From contig OZ024741.1 in NCBI GenBank assembly GCA_964016885.1, positions 384,276,001-384,340,000 on the forward strand: a stretch of DNA of 64,000 bases, written 5' to 3'. Made by a program: the position numbers and the translations under genes. Below the pieces are notes generated by a model. It did not search any database. It worked only from the letters and a program-made list of their open reading frames with translations, and was not told the origin of the DNA. Below, piece by piece: positions 34,995-50,193 of this stretch. This DNA is from Eledone cirrhosa. Lineage: Eukaryota. How positions within the stretch are numbered: position 1 is the first letter of the stretch; every line of letters begins with the position of its first letter.

Positions 34995-35675
34995 CCAGGG
35001 CATCAAAAGTGGGACAAGTACAATGGGGGGAGTTTACAAAACAAGGCGTCCTCAATAAGGAGGAGGCAATAACAATATATAAAAATAAAATAAAATATAA
35101 CAAAAAATGAAATTTATAACAAAGTCCTCAATAGAGAGGAGGCGCCTTGGGGGGTCGCACACACCCCCGAAAAAAGTGTGCAACCCTTCTCCTCAGGAGC
35201 ACAGAGAAGGGGTGCTCCCTTGGTCTTTTATCTTCCTCACCTATAGTCTGATGTAGAGTGAAGGCCCATTCACACGGGCCATTCTCGCCACTTTCACCCA
35301 TCTTTCATAAAAACGGCTGGGGTACAGCACCTCTCTCCCCATCCTGATCCTTCTTCCGAAATGATATCGGAAGAAACGGACCAGCTGTTGGCCAGAGAGA
35401 AAGGTGTCTGACCTCAGTCTTTCAGACGCGTCCACCATACAACCTCTTTCGCCATGGCTATTACGCACAGAAACACCGCCTCTCCTTCGTTTTTGAAGAG
35501 GGGAGGCGGCTTTATCGTTACAATAGACTCGGTGGTCAACCGGATCGGTCCCACCCTTGACAGCAGTTGTTCGACATAGCCCCACAGATCAACAATGCCC
35601 GAGCAGTGTACCAATGCGTGTGCAACGGTTTCCTCGTCGCACACGCATCTGGGACAGATCTTTTCGATGGGTCCC
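34995..35675 (-). mobile_element. Tx1-like copy 5: third subfamily, 3' fragment
   Basis: ORF2 C-terminus (KVARMARVNGPSLYIRL) with a distinct 3'UTR. GATA tract at 35676-35756 at its 5' end. Confidence 0.85.
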
Positions 35676-35685
35676 TAGATAGATG

Positions 35686-35756
<71 letters not shown>

Positions 35757-37081
35757 CTACTCTAACAAACTGTTCGAAATAAATCTGTTTTTAGACATGG
35801 TAAGGTTTCTATGCATACTATCATCGTAGAATTGTAAATCTTAATATTTTTCTAGGAAAATATTTCAGAAACCATCAATTATATACTGCATCAATAGTTG
35901 GTAGGTTATGTGCATGAATTTTTAATAAAAACAAGAGAACAGCCGTTGTTGAGAATATGTAAAAATGTTATTATAAAGTTAGAAGATGTAAATTAGTATT
36001 GAAGTGTATTCTCATATGATTGTCTAAATTTTCCAGTTAAGTAACTTTGCAATAATGAATGTTTGATGAAGACGTGAGAAGATGCATGAATTTTTCTGAG
36101 GCCTTCCGTGTTAACTTTAAATTATCCCTGAGATATTCACAGTTTCCATGTCATTCTAAATTTTGTTTATGTATTGTGAAGTAAGGTTGTACGCCCTGTT
36201 GCATGTGTGTATCTGATATATAAGCAGTTGCATGCAAATTTGTAAATTGTATCTAGATGCAAGATATTCCTTATTATAGTTCAAACCAGTTCAGTTTTGC
36301 ATTTTTCATGAGATTAATTCATACTTGCAAAACATTCATAACAGTTCTATGAACCTGCCTTGAGGCCATTTAAAATGCATGTTAAGATTTTCCTCTAATT
36401 AGCTGTCGACTCAAATAAGTTTAGAAGACCTTTCTGCATGTACACACGAAATAAATAAGTTTCTTTATAGAAGATGAAATTTACAAAGTTAGAACGGAAA
36501 TAAGAATTCTAAAGTTGCAAAATAAGAAGAAAAAAAGAAAGAACGAATGAAAGAACAGGAAACCCTCATGTAAAATAACAGAACTAGAAATAAATTTTAA
36601 AAAAAAACGCGAGGAAGTTCAAGAAGAAAATTTTGCAAAAAATAGAAAAAAATACTAGCAATCTTATTGCATCAATAATGTCCCTACTACAAGAAATAAT
36701 TGTGTTAGTATTTTATGTAGTTTCCATAGTTTTCATAGTAGAGGAATTTTTATTTCGTTTTATCGCCTACGGTGCCATTGTATTGGATCAATCATAGACG
36801 AAGTGTGGATAATTAAATGAGAAATAATAGGACCGAAAACATCTTTAATAGGTTGCTGTTGTTGTTGTTCTTTAGCTTCTGACTAATCCAAGTTAGCTAT
36901 GATAAAAATATACCAGTTGTAACCAGCCAGGTTCCCTTTCAGACATAGAATATCTACAAATGTACTATACTGACTGTCCTTTGTTTTGAAAAACGTGGAA
37001 TATGATGTGGCAAAGATTTTGCAGCTATTTTTAGTGTGTTGATCGATTACAACGAAGTTTCTTTCCCCTGTTAGATCATGT

Positions 37082-37160
<79 letters not shown>

Positions 37161-37306
37161 ATATATATATATTTATATAAACGTGAGTATATGTTGGTTA
37201 GTTACCGACACTTCAGTATGTATGGTAGAGCACTCAACGAAGTGCGCAGGTGGGTCTGTTTACTCCTGAGTAATTTTAAAACAAGAAATGTAAGTCAACA
37301 GGTTAA

Positions 37307-37555
37307 GATTAACTTTGTTTAATCATATTCGCTGTTATATATATTTCGGTGATAGCCATTATTCAACAGCTACGACCTCATCGGGACTGGGCATATCAAA
37401 AGATCGAAATAACAGAGGTAAACTTAGCTCCATCATTATGTTGTTCTGTTTTTTCTGTTCAAGTTCTATCTGCCTGATGAGGTCATAGCTGTTGAATAAT
37501 GGTTATCACCGAAATATAAATATATAACAGCGAATATGATTAAACAAAGTTAATC
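37307..37555. mobile_element. Non-coding fold-back element with inverted hammerhead arms
   Basis: ~78-bp arms. Right arm reads CTGATGA (37474)-GGT...ACC-GAAA (37511)-TATA..TA. Left arm core reads CCGATGA. Confidence 0.7.
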
Positions 37556-37559
37556 ATAT

Positions 37560-37730
37560 TCAAGGATGATTCGACCTCAGTACAAAACCGGTATATTTCT
37601 CTCGATCTTTAAAGGATGAAATGCAAAGTAGACCTTGGCCGATTTGAACTCAGGGAGCTCAGAGAGCCGGAACGAATGCCGCAAAACATTTTATCCGACG
37701 TTCTAATGACCCAACTAATATGCCACTTTT
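37560..37730 (-). mobile_element. tRNA-derived SINE
   Basis: GGATGAAATGCAAAGTAGACCTTGGCCGATTTGAACTC body with reverse B box. Confidence 0.6.
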
Positions 37731-38004
37731 CCTAAAACAAAAGCTACATACATAATTGTTGCTATACAGAAACAGAAACCTCTCTGAGTAAATAGTTGGT
37801 ACCTATATTCTATAATAGGCAGAAATAACCTAAGTACACACCGGTAGGTTTGTAGAAAAGTTGAACTTAATAACAATAAATTGTTATCGTTAAGCTACGA
37901 TACTCGTTCTGATGCCAGGTATCTCGTAAATTTACCGATTAGATGGTAAGTACATCCTGATACCGGAAATATGGTTCAATCTTGAGACAATCCGCAGAGC
38001 CTTC

Positions 38005-38092
38005 TATTGAGTCGTCAAGTATGAAATTTGTAGAAATTTGTAGAAATTGGGGTCTACAAATTTCTACAAATTTCTCACTTGACGACCCAATA
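38005..38092. repeat. Hairpin with ~40-bp arms containing an internal 10-bp repeat
   Basis: TATTGAGTCGTCAAGT..(GAAATTTGTA)2 pairs with (TACAAATTTC)2..ACTTGACGACCCAATA. Confidence 0.8.
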
Positions 38093-38611
38093 CATGAAAC
38101 AGAAAAGAAACCTCTGAAATATATCTAAACGTGTTAGAAATGGCAGCTAAATCCCCTTCAAACTACTTTCTAATTCGTAAAGCAGAATATAGTAAATAAT
38201 GTGGCCTTCAGTAGATTGCTCCTAAGAAACAGATGCAATAGCCACAGCTCACAGCTAGAACGTCTTCTATGATACGTCTGCTCAAGTAAAGCTGAGCTAG
38301 GTTAATCAACAACCATAACAACAACAGCAACAACTGGAAACCAATACTACACACATTGCTCTCGTAGCTTGGGCTTTATTGTTTGGCTTGAGCAATCCTT
38401 GAGACCACACATACAAACATATGTGTGGTCTGAAGGATTGCTCAAGCACACAAATATACACACGAACACAGAGAGACAGAGAAAGTCAGGCACACTCACT
38501 TACAAACAAACATAGACAAACACACAAATTCAAGCACAGAGGAATAAAGATATGCTACTTCCGGCATCATTCAAGTAGAAATAAAATATCTCGTTGTATA
38601 AAGAGCAAATA

Positions 38612-38826
38612 GTTGTTTCTAATTTTGGCACAAAGCCAGCAATATTTTCGTGAGGAGGGTCGATTATATTAAATCCAGTACTTAACTGGTACTTTATTTC
38701 ATCGACAACGAAAGGGTGAAAGGATGAGTTAACGTCAGCGAGATTTGAACCTAGTGCGTAAAAGACTGTGACTAAATACCACAAAACATTTTGTCCGAAA
38801 CTATAACAATTCTGCCAATCCACCAC
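38612..38826 (-). mobile_element. tRNA-derived SINE (near full length)
   Basis: Same family as 14535-14680, including TTTCTAATTTTGGCACAAAGCCAGC and a reverse B box. Confidence 0.65.
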
Positions 38827-39314
38827 CCTTCACAGAGTAAATAATGGTTTGTAATTTAAAAACAAGGCCAGCAATTTTTAGGGAAAAGAAAGTCGATTTT
38901 AACGACTCCAGGACTTGCGAAGCTAACTTTTTAAACATTCAGCCATGCTAAACCACAGATTATATTGTAATAGTGCAACCTAGCAACAAAGTACACATTA
39001 TATTGTAATATTGCATACATACATAACCTAGCGCTACTCTATACATTATGTTGTAATGCTGCATACATCATTTAGCAACAGTCTGTACATTACTTTATAA
39101 TTTCGTATACATAATCTAGCAACACTGTACATAGCTTTATAATGCCACATACATATTTATAAAGTTGGCTTGATTTGTTGATGAGGCTGTCTCCAAGGCT
39201 TATACTGGACCTCGAAACTGATAAGATCAATACGGTTAATGTTCTTGGGAAATAGATGCAAGCTGGCGGTTACATGAAAAACATGAGTAGAGAGTAGAAC
39301 GTCTAGAGAGAAAA

Positions 39315-39590
39315 GGAGTATAGCCTAGTGGTAAAGGTGTCGGACTTACGATCATAGTGCCATGGGTTTCATTCTTGGATGGGTTGTGTATTGTGATTTG
39401 AGCAAAACACTTCATTTTGCATTGCTCCAGTATACTCAGCTGAAATGAATACCAGCAATAGCTGGCGGTTTAACCCTGCGATGGACCGGGTTCCTGTGCA
39501 GGGGAGTCTTGTATTCTCAGTCGCTTCACGCCAGGGAAATTGTGATAAGCACCGGCCTGATGAGCTTCCGGGCTCGAGACAGATTTTAGA
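39315..39590 (+). mobile_element. tRNA-derived SINE, second family
   Basis: A box TAGCCTAGTGG, degenerate B box, TTGAGCAAAACACTT core; related to 45445-45575. Confidence 0.6.
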
Positions 39591-39842
39591 CTTAAGGGAA
39601 AAGGCTGATCGTATTAGGTATTGTAGTACATGAGGGTGGAGCATAGTATGGATGATGGGAGAATGAGAGATGAATGAGTCTGGAAAGTCAAAGGTGATAA
39701 CACGGATAGGAAAAAATATTTCCTCATCGTAACATTTATGAGATACGTGGAGAAATGTAAGTGTTAGGGTTAGGTTGGAGTCGTCTTTTACATGAGATCT
39801 ATTATAACACTATCATTATTTTCACAAATAGCAATTATTTCA

Positions 39843-40190
39843 TTTTTTTTTTTTTTTTGAAAGTGAATTATTTATTTATTACAGTTTAATAGAAAAAGAA
39901 AAGAAAAGAAAATTTAGATTGGGAAAAATGGAATGTAAAATAAGAAATTATAGAGAAAAAAAAAGAAAAAGAAAAAAGCAGGAAGGGGGGGGAATGGCAA
40001 GAACTCTAGTGTCACAGAAAAGCGGGAGGAAGGGGAGTATAATTGGGTTCTGGGCCTAGGGAGCGGCAGCGGAGGGGCTGCGCCCCGTGGACGATGGCCA
40101 GCGAACCCGCTGCAACAGTCACTCAACCTCGAGGTGCCCCCTCCTCAGACTGGCCGCCGACGTCCTGATCTTGCGGAGGAGCTCGACTGT
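39843..40190 (-). mobile_element. 3' fragment of a CRE-like non-LTR element with poly(A) tail
   Basis: Minus strand VELLRKIRTSAASLRRGHLEVE*LLQR aligns with the 62.4-kb fragment. T16 tract at 39843-39858. Confidence 0.5.
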
Positions 40191-40737
40191 GCAAAGTCCA
40201 AGTATAACCACCATTAAATTTGAAAGAAATATAAAATTAACGTTACCATTTTTTATATATATATATATAGAACATTACCTGAAGACCTCGAATTAGAAAA
40301 ATCGTTAGAACGTAGGATAGAATGCGTTGTAGCTTATCTACTCTCTGAGATTGAACCTTCTGTGATCGATGAATAAAGTACCAACCCAGTGCTGGGTTCG
40401 ATTCTTCGTTTGTTTCTTTTTATTACCTTCTCTCTCCCACTCTTATGCTTTCTATGCAGGAAATCGAACATGTTCAGGACTCTGATAGGAATGGGCTCCA
40501 CTAGTATCTTATGACAGCGCCTCTACGATTATATCAAAGGTAAGGACCTCATTGCTGGGTGGAACATTAACTGATGTTAATGAAAGTGACAAAAATATAC
40601 TTTCAAAATTAACACTATAGTCTTGTAAAGTAAAGTTTCCTTAATTCATGATACATTCGAAGGGGGACCGTCTTTATGCACACCGTGTCATGGGCGTGAG
40701 AAAGACCACTCCTCTCCGGGTCAGAACACAGCCGATG

Positions 40738-40744
40738 AGAGAGA

Positions 40745-40820
<76 letters not shown>

Positions 40821-40821
40821 G
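40738..40821. repeat. (GA)n microsatellite
   Basis: Directly visible. Confidence 0.95.
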
Positions 40822-41764
40822 ATAGAAGAAAAATCGACCGCGGCACTTATGAAAGGCAAAGTTGGTGCTCAGCTGAAGTTTAATTAAGCGTGCAGTGAAC
40901 CAAAGCATATACCGAACCATTTTTTAATGCGACACCCTAACGTCTGTGCCACTTCGCCGCAATGTAGTCTAGTAATATTACCTGATTAATAGCTAGAATG
41001 TTGCCTTAGAATGCATTGTATTGTGGGTACACTGTGGGAATGTCTAATGCAACTACCTCCAAGTACGATTATGATGCTTTCCTTCTACCTATATATTTGC
41101 CTATTATTGATTTTCTTTAAGAGAGCAAATTTACGATCAGAATCATTTCAGACAAGACATCTCTATGTCAAGGATTATCTAATGTGTTTTTTTACTCTTC
41201 TTCTTTTAACCGAATAAGATGTATGATTTTAGATTTAGTTGGTATTTGCATAGGATCGACAAGCCACACAAATTCTCCCTCGTGGGCTCGTTATTGTCGA
41301 TTTACTCGATATATATGTACTTCATAGGTAGTTTTATTTGTCGACCCCGGGAAAAATAAGTAAACGACTAAATGGAATTTGAACTAAGAACTTACGTAGC
41401 TAAAACAAAATACCGATTATTGCGCGACATGTTTCCGGATCTACCAAACTGCTGCATGTCTTCTGTTTATTTATGTTTACTAATGTATACAAAATTATTT
41501 GTCTGAAACAATTTTCCTTTTTTTTTTTAGGATAAGATACCTAGTCCTTATTTTCTCAACATTCGTCGGATGACAAGCAAAGTCCCACCCCGATAAAATT
41601 TGAACCTGTCAAAATATTCAATCAACGCTCAAGTTTCTTCATTTTCCCAATCATTTATTTACCTATACTTGTCGGTACAAGAAAAAGAAAAGAAAGAAAG
41701 AGAGTGTGAAAGAGGGATAAGTATGCATAATGTATGTATGTATGTATACATAAGTATGTATATA

Positions 41765-42420
41765 TCCCAACAAAAAAACATGCCACCCAGCTCGCAAATC
41801 ACGTATGGAGCCTTAAGAACAACGGCACATCCTTTTCCATCAAATGGAGGATATTAGAAAGATCTACCACCTATGTGAATGGGTCGAAATGTTGTTACCT
41901 TTGTAATTCTGAAAAATGGTAATACTCTCACAGCTAGCTTCAGATAAACCTGCCTCAACGCACAGCTTGATTGCTTTGGCAGCTGTCTTCATGGGAAGTA
42001 TACTTTGAGGAAATGGCTTAGACCTGATTAACAGTTCTAGAAGTATACATTGATTTACTGACTAGTTTGTATATCAAGAAAATTGGATTCTTTGAGTCAG
42101 CTAGAAAAAATTATTTTTCTTCTATTTTTATTCAATCATGACTGTGGTTTCTCAAGAGTTATATAAGCAAGTATTTGCGTTTCCTTGGATTCTGGACCAC
42201 AAATCATTTAGCCTGTCATAAGAAAAATAAAAATAAAGATGGCCACCTGGGGTTGATTGTGCTTTCCTACCTTTGTTTAAACTCTTATGATATATTCTAA
42301 AAGAAAGCACAATCAACCCCAGGCGGCCATATTTATTTTTATTTTTATTATGACAGGCTAAATGATTTGAACGTATTATGACAGGCTAAATGATTTGAAC
42401 GTAAGTACCTGTTTATGTCA
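41765..42420 (+). mobile_element. Penelope-like GIY-YIG 3' fragment with downstream hairpin
   Basis: HATQLANHVWSLKNNG..FSIKWRILE...CCYLCNSEK. Inverted repeat with ~66-bp arms at 42201-42368. Confidence 0.7.
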
Positions 42421-42429
42421 CTGTTGTAA

Positions 42430-42510
<81 letters not shown>

Positions 42511-42849
42511 AATAACATTAAGAAAGATGCTGATGTTACATAAATCGTTTATTCATAATAATTATTTCAACGGTTCTCCCAAGCAATCCAAGATGTAATT
42601 CATGCATTTGTTGTTGTTATGAAAACGGTACCTTCAGATGAAATTCGATTTGTGATATGCCGCAGGCAGAAAAACACGTCCTTCTGTTCGCCCGGCAGAC
42701 AAGTTCCTAAAATGGTCTATTGGTGTCGGTCGCTGTAAATAAATTCCTACAGTAATAATAATAATCGTTTCTACCCTTTGGCAAAAGGCCAATAAGAATC
42801 CTAGTGCATAATAATAATTAGTAACAACAATAGTAGTCAGTCGTAACTA

Positions 42850-45260
42850 CAGTTGTATTAATAATCACAACGGTCACAACAACGCCCGGTCAAAAAGGGA
42901 CTGCTAGACTGTGGATGCGAGTTATAGGTAGCGAACATAGGAACAAAAAACATACATATTGGTATTTAGATACAAATGCTGGGCGCACGCAGGCTATCCA
43001 GGATTCGCCCGAGGTTAGCGTCGGTGTGCGACCACGCCCGGCTCCCATGGTCAAGCTTTGTACTAGGTCATAGCAAGTACAACTACGTTGATAATTTGTA
43101 TAGTCTGAGTAAGGTTCCAGTTGATCTGTGGTGGCAGGTGCCGAACAGGTTACTTCTTTTATTGATAATTTGTGTTCCCCTCTTGATTATCTCCATAATT
43201 TCGGTGACACAAAGATTGCATGAGTCATGCCCTCCTCCCCTATAGGGTTGAGCTGTGGTGACCTTGGACCACGCCAGGGTGCATCCAATGTTGACATGCT
43301 TGAGTCGCCACACCTGTTTGGAGAGGGCGGTGTTGTTTTTCTTATCCACTCCCTTAAAAGTATGACAGTGGCTATACCAGCGTACCTTAAATTTATTAAC
43401 CGTAGCTCCGATATAGGTGAAGGTTTCGCTATTGGTACTTACCCTACATTCATAAACTAAGTTACTGCTAAGGTATTTGCCTTCCTGGGAGCAGTTGCCG
43501 GTGCTTCTACAATTACAATCCGGAGAGGTGTTGCTGCCTGGATTATCAGAACATGCTGTATGATTCCGTGGTCGTGCCCGGTCCATAGTGTTATTATCGA
43601 AGGAAGAAGCATTTGTTTTGCATGCTTCATCCTGGTTGCTGACTCCCCCAAAGTCGGGGACGTTTCTTAATCTACTCCTGTTTAAGGTTTCTATATTTTG
43701 TGTGAGAGTTTTGGTTGTGGAGTAGGACAAATTAATTGTGTACCTGTTGAAAATGGCGCGTTTCCTGTTCTGTTTAGGGAAGTGCTTATCCAAGGCCCCG
43801 AAGAAAGTGGCCACGAGGTTGCTGCGTAATCAGGCGCAGAAGGGGGGTTTATACCATGCGACATTGCGGGAACAGGTTCGCTTCTTGGTGTTGGCCTCGG
43901 TCCCGTTACCTGCTCTGTCCGGGTATGCGTTACGCAACTGACGTGGGCACTCGAAGTGGTCGTGCCCTCCGGTTCGCCGCTGACCATTGGATTGTCTATG
44001 CCGATTGGAGCATCCCGAACCTAGGGATCACAGTTCGCAGTGTGGGAGGCTGCCCATATTGTCCACGTCCCCCCCCCCCCGCCCTGGGCCTGCATAGGGG
44101 TTGCGCGGTCCTCTCCTGCTCACTACGCTAGCATCCTCGTTTTCGATTGTGGGCGAAGTCGGGACCCCGTTTATTAAATGGCGCCCAGAGTTATTCTCAT
44201 TTAGGCTTACAATTCTTCTTGGATTAGTTCTATTAAAAAGTTGTGTAGTTTCACTTCTAGAGATGCGTGTTGTATTCCCTGGGGTCTGTCCTGCTGTTGG
44301 TTCCCTATGATCCGTTACCGTCAGTGTTTACGGTATTCCTTCGATTAGGTATATATTTAATTTTCTCTTTGTAACCTACACTTATCAAGGCATTGTTATA
44401 ATAGTTAGCTACGTTGTTGAAGGATCCCTTGTTAGCTGACAAAGATGATTTCCTATTCACTATGGCCCTCTTGGCTGACTTGGGATGGCTAGAGTTCGCA
44501 TTGATGTACTTGAGGCACTCGTTCGGCTTCTGGTACGGATAGTAGAAGCCGGATTTAGGGTTACGTCCAGGAAGTTAACTATTTTTCTATTCTCGTCTAT
44601 ATCTATGCTGAAGCCCATGTTTTTGAAGAATTTAATTAATTTTTTCATAATCCTAGTTACCATGCTGTAGCTGTGGTTGAGTAGAGAAAACAGAACATCG
44701 TCGCGGTAGATACCACTGCCTAACGCTGGGATCTCGGTTTTCAGGTTTGTGAGGATGTAGATGCCCACCAGGTCAGGAACCTGTGCCGAGTTTCTTGATC
44801 CCATCGTGATGTCAAAATTGTCCACAACTCACCGTCAAAACCAATTAGTGTTTTCTTGGCAGTGCGGCTACGTGCAAACATAAGTGCCTTATTAAGTATA
44901 ATCGTAATTATAGATGTCTAGTTGGATAAATTTAGTCCTACCTTTGCTTCGCAGGCCGTTGAACCACTCAATCACGTCACCCGACGTGGACCATTACTGC
45001 AATTGGATCTTTTTTTTAAGCGCTGGTATAATCCTTTCCCGTATTCTTTTGCTTATACACCCGACGTCGGACTTTGATGGTACGATAAGTCTGGCTAGGA
45101 GTTCCGTTTCGAAGTTGGGTTTGTGATATATCAGTAAAATACAGGGTTCCCTGAGTTGGTAAGGTCCGATTCTATCCGAAATATTAAGCTTAGTTACTAT
45201 GCTATTAGTCTGTTTGACTGTTTGTTGATGTTAAAGTTAGCCTGCGATGTTTTCTTGTAA
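42850..45260 (-). mobile_element. Decayed Penelope-like element (RT + GIY-YIG)
   Basis: FDITMGS..AQVPDLVG, IYRDD, VNFLDVTLN (44460-44825); CNC..NLVYEC..TYIGAT..FKVRW..CNLC (43083-43814). Confidence 0.85.
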
Positions 45261-45265
45261 TTCCT

Positions 45266-45296
<31 letters not shown>

Positions 45297-45297
45297 A

Positions 45298-45355
<58 letters not shown>

Positions 45356-45444
45356 AGAGGAACGATCGACTTTCGTCAAATCGGACCGAGGGAACAATGT
45401 TTCCGTTGGTCTTTCCAATTGCTAATACTATCTATCGGTCGCAA

Positions 45445-45575
45445 CTCCAGGTAGAAGGAGCAACGTGAAATAAAGTGTCTTGCTCAAGGACATAACGCAT
45501 CGCCTGGTCCAGGAATCGAACTCACAACCTTACGATTGCGAATCCAATTCTCTAACCACTCAGCCACACGCCTTC
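45445..45575 (-). mobile_element. tRNA-derived SINE head
   Basis: Minus strand has A box TGGCTGAGTGG and B box GTTCGATTCC, then CCTTGAGCAAGACACTT. Confidence 0.7.
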
Positions 45576-45598
45576 ACTACTTCACTAAAGCGTATATG

Positions 45599-48524
<2,926 letters not shown>

Positions 48525-48665
48525 TTTTATTAATTTATCTTGATTCTGTTTTCCTATGATTTTTATTGAACATTTTTGAATGCATCTTCTCTTTTCATGA
48601 TATTTGGATTACATTGAGTTCTTCAAACGGATTGGACACTACCGTATATTTTGGTAGATTTATCT

Positions 48666-48715
<50 letters not shown>

Positions 48716-48765
48716 ATAATAAATGTGAAGGCTAAAATCAGAAGGAGGCACGATAAGGATTATAG

Positions 48766-48822
<57 letters not shown>

Positions 48823-49123
48823 GTAGAGAAAATATATATATAAAAATATATGGGCAAACTCTCCGAAGAGGATATTTTCCTGTTTTTTTCACTTTTCACT
48901 CTCTTCTATCTTTCTGTTTGTACTCTTATTTCTCATTCTAACTTCTGATGAATAACGTCCAAAACATTAAAATTCTTTTTCTACTATATTAAGCATTAAA
49001 CTAATATATTTCTCCATTATACTGTATCGTTGACCGGTGTTTTTCATCTGTTTATTTTTCTCATGTGTGTATGTGTGTCTATGCACATATCTGAATATAT
49101 ATATATATTTGAATATCTATCTA

Positions 49124-49167
<44 letters not shown>

Positions 49168-49170
<3 letters not shown>

Positions 49171-49579
49171 AAAGCCATCACTAAGTCCAAGCAATACGCA
49201 AGGGGCAATCCGTCGTGTGGACTATGTATTGATGAACGAATAAATATTCTAAAGAGATTACGCAATAGTGATTGCCTAAACACAGGAAATATATTTTTCA
49301 CATGTTGTCCACACGTCTGGACACACCTCTTATATAACTACAAAGCTCCGGATTGAATTACAACAACATCCTAATTTTCTTATCAACTAGAAACTTTTCA
49401 GACTTTCGCAGTTATCTCGCACGCAATTTAGTATTGCCTGTGTGAAGTGATCGTTTCTGCGCATGCGCGTTCGTACGGTTGTCCTTTCTGTTCCGTATAA
49501 CCATGTCCTTTACGATCTGAGGATCCGCTATGGTGAAACAATTGTTCTCGGTATGGTGAACTAACTGTTGTGTAACAAC

Positions 49580-49582
<3 letters not shown>
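49168..49582 (+). mobile_element. Penelope-like 3' fragment between (TA)n tracts, with degenerate hammerhead
   Basis: WKAITKSKQYARGNPSCGLCIDE...CCPH. CTGAGGA (49517)...GAAA-CAATTG-TT. Confidence 0.65.
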
Positions 49583-49620
<38 letters not shown>

Positions 49621-50193
49621 TAAGAGGAAAAGAAAATGCTGACAAATTGTTCCCAGTGAAAAATAGTTTAATTAGGAATAAGTAAAAATTAGTAATAGTA
49701 TTGGTTAGTATTCAGTTTTGGTTTTAAGATTTTAACGGTTGCGCATTTCTAATGCTTTTCAAAAATAATTTTGAGATAGAGCGCCCGTGATGTTTGCTCT
49801 AATCTGATTAGTTTTGGAAATTCTACTTGTTTTATGTGAAAAAAGTGGCTCCAGATGTATTAAAATAAGTTTCGCGCCAATTCGTGTTGCAAAAATTCTG
49901 GTGGTCAAAACAATTTTGATTGGTCGGAAGAGGTCATGTGAATGTTAAAAATTGATTTCAGAAGATCCCGTTAAGAGTGAAAGCAGCGATTCTTTGCTTA
50001 AACTTTAATCTGTTATTTTAATAAATATTTGCTCTACGGTTCTTATATATCTGATATATATCTATACTTATCGAGCCCTCTTTGGATTTTAGTCTACAAA
50101 TTTATTATTATATATATATATAATAAAAATAATATAATAAAAATATATAATACAAATAATAATAATAATGATAATAATAATAATAATAATAAT

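Noticed and set aside
35760-36450. Possible decayed transposase-like sequence on the minus strand
   Set aside because: It has many stops and no motif I can identify with confidence. A translated search would be needed.
39555-39580. CCTGATGAG...CTCGAGAC hammerhead-like string
   Set aside because: It lacks GAAA and stems I and III, and it is part of the SINE 3' tail.
45480-45575. tRNA gene candidate
   Set aside because: A and B boxes are present, but the sequence continues into a SINE body with no clean cloverleaf, so it is called a SINE head.
49740-49960. Promoter-like cluster (TTTCGCGCCAAT, GATTGG)
   Set aside because: These are short motifs with no associated gene or transcript evidence.
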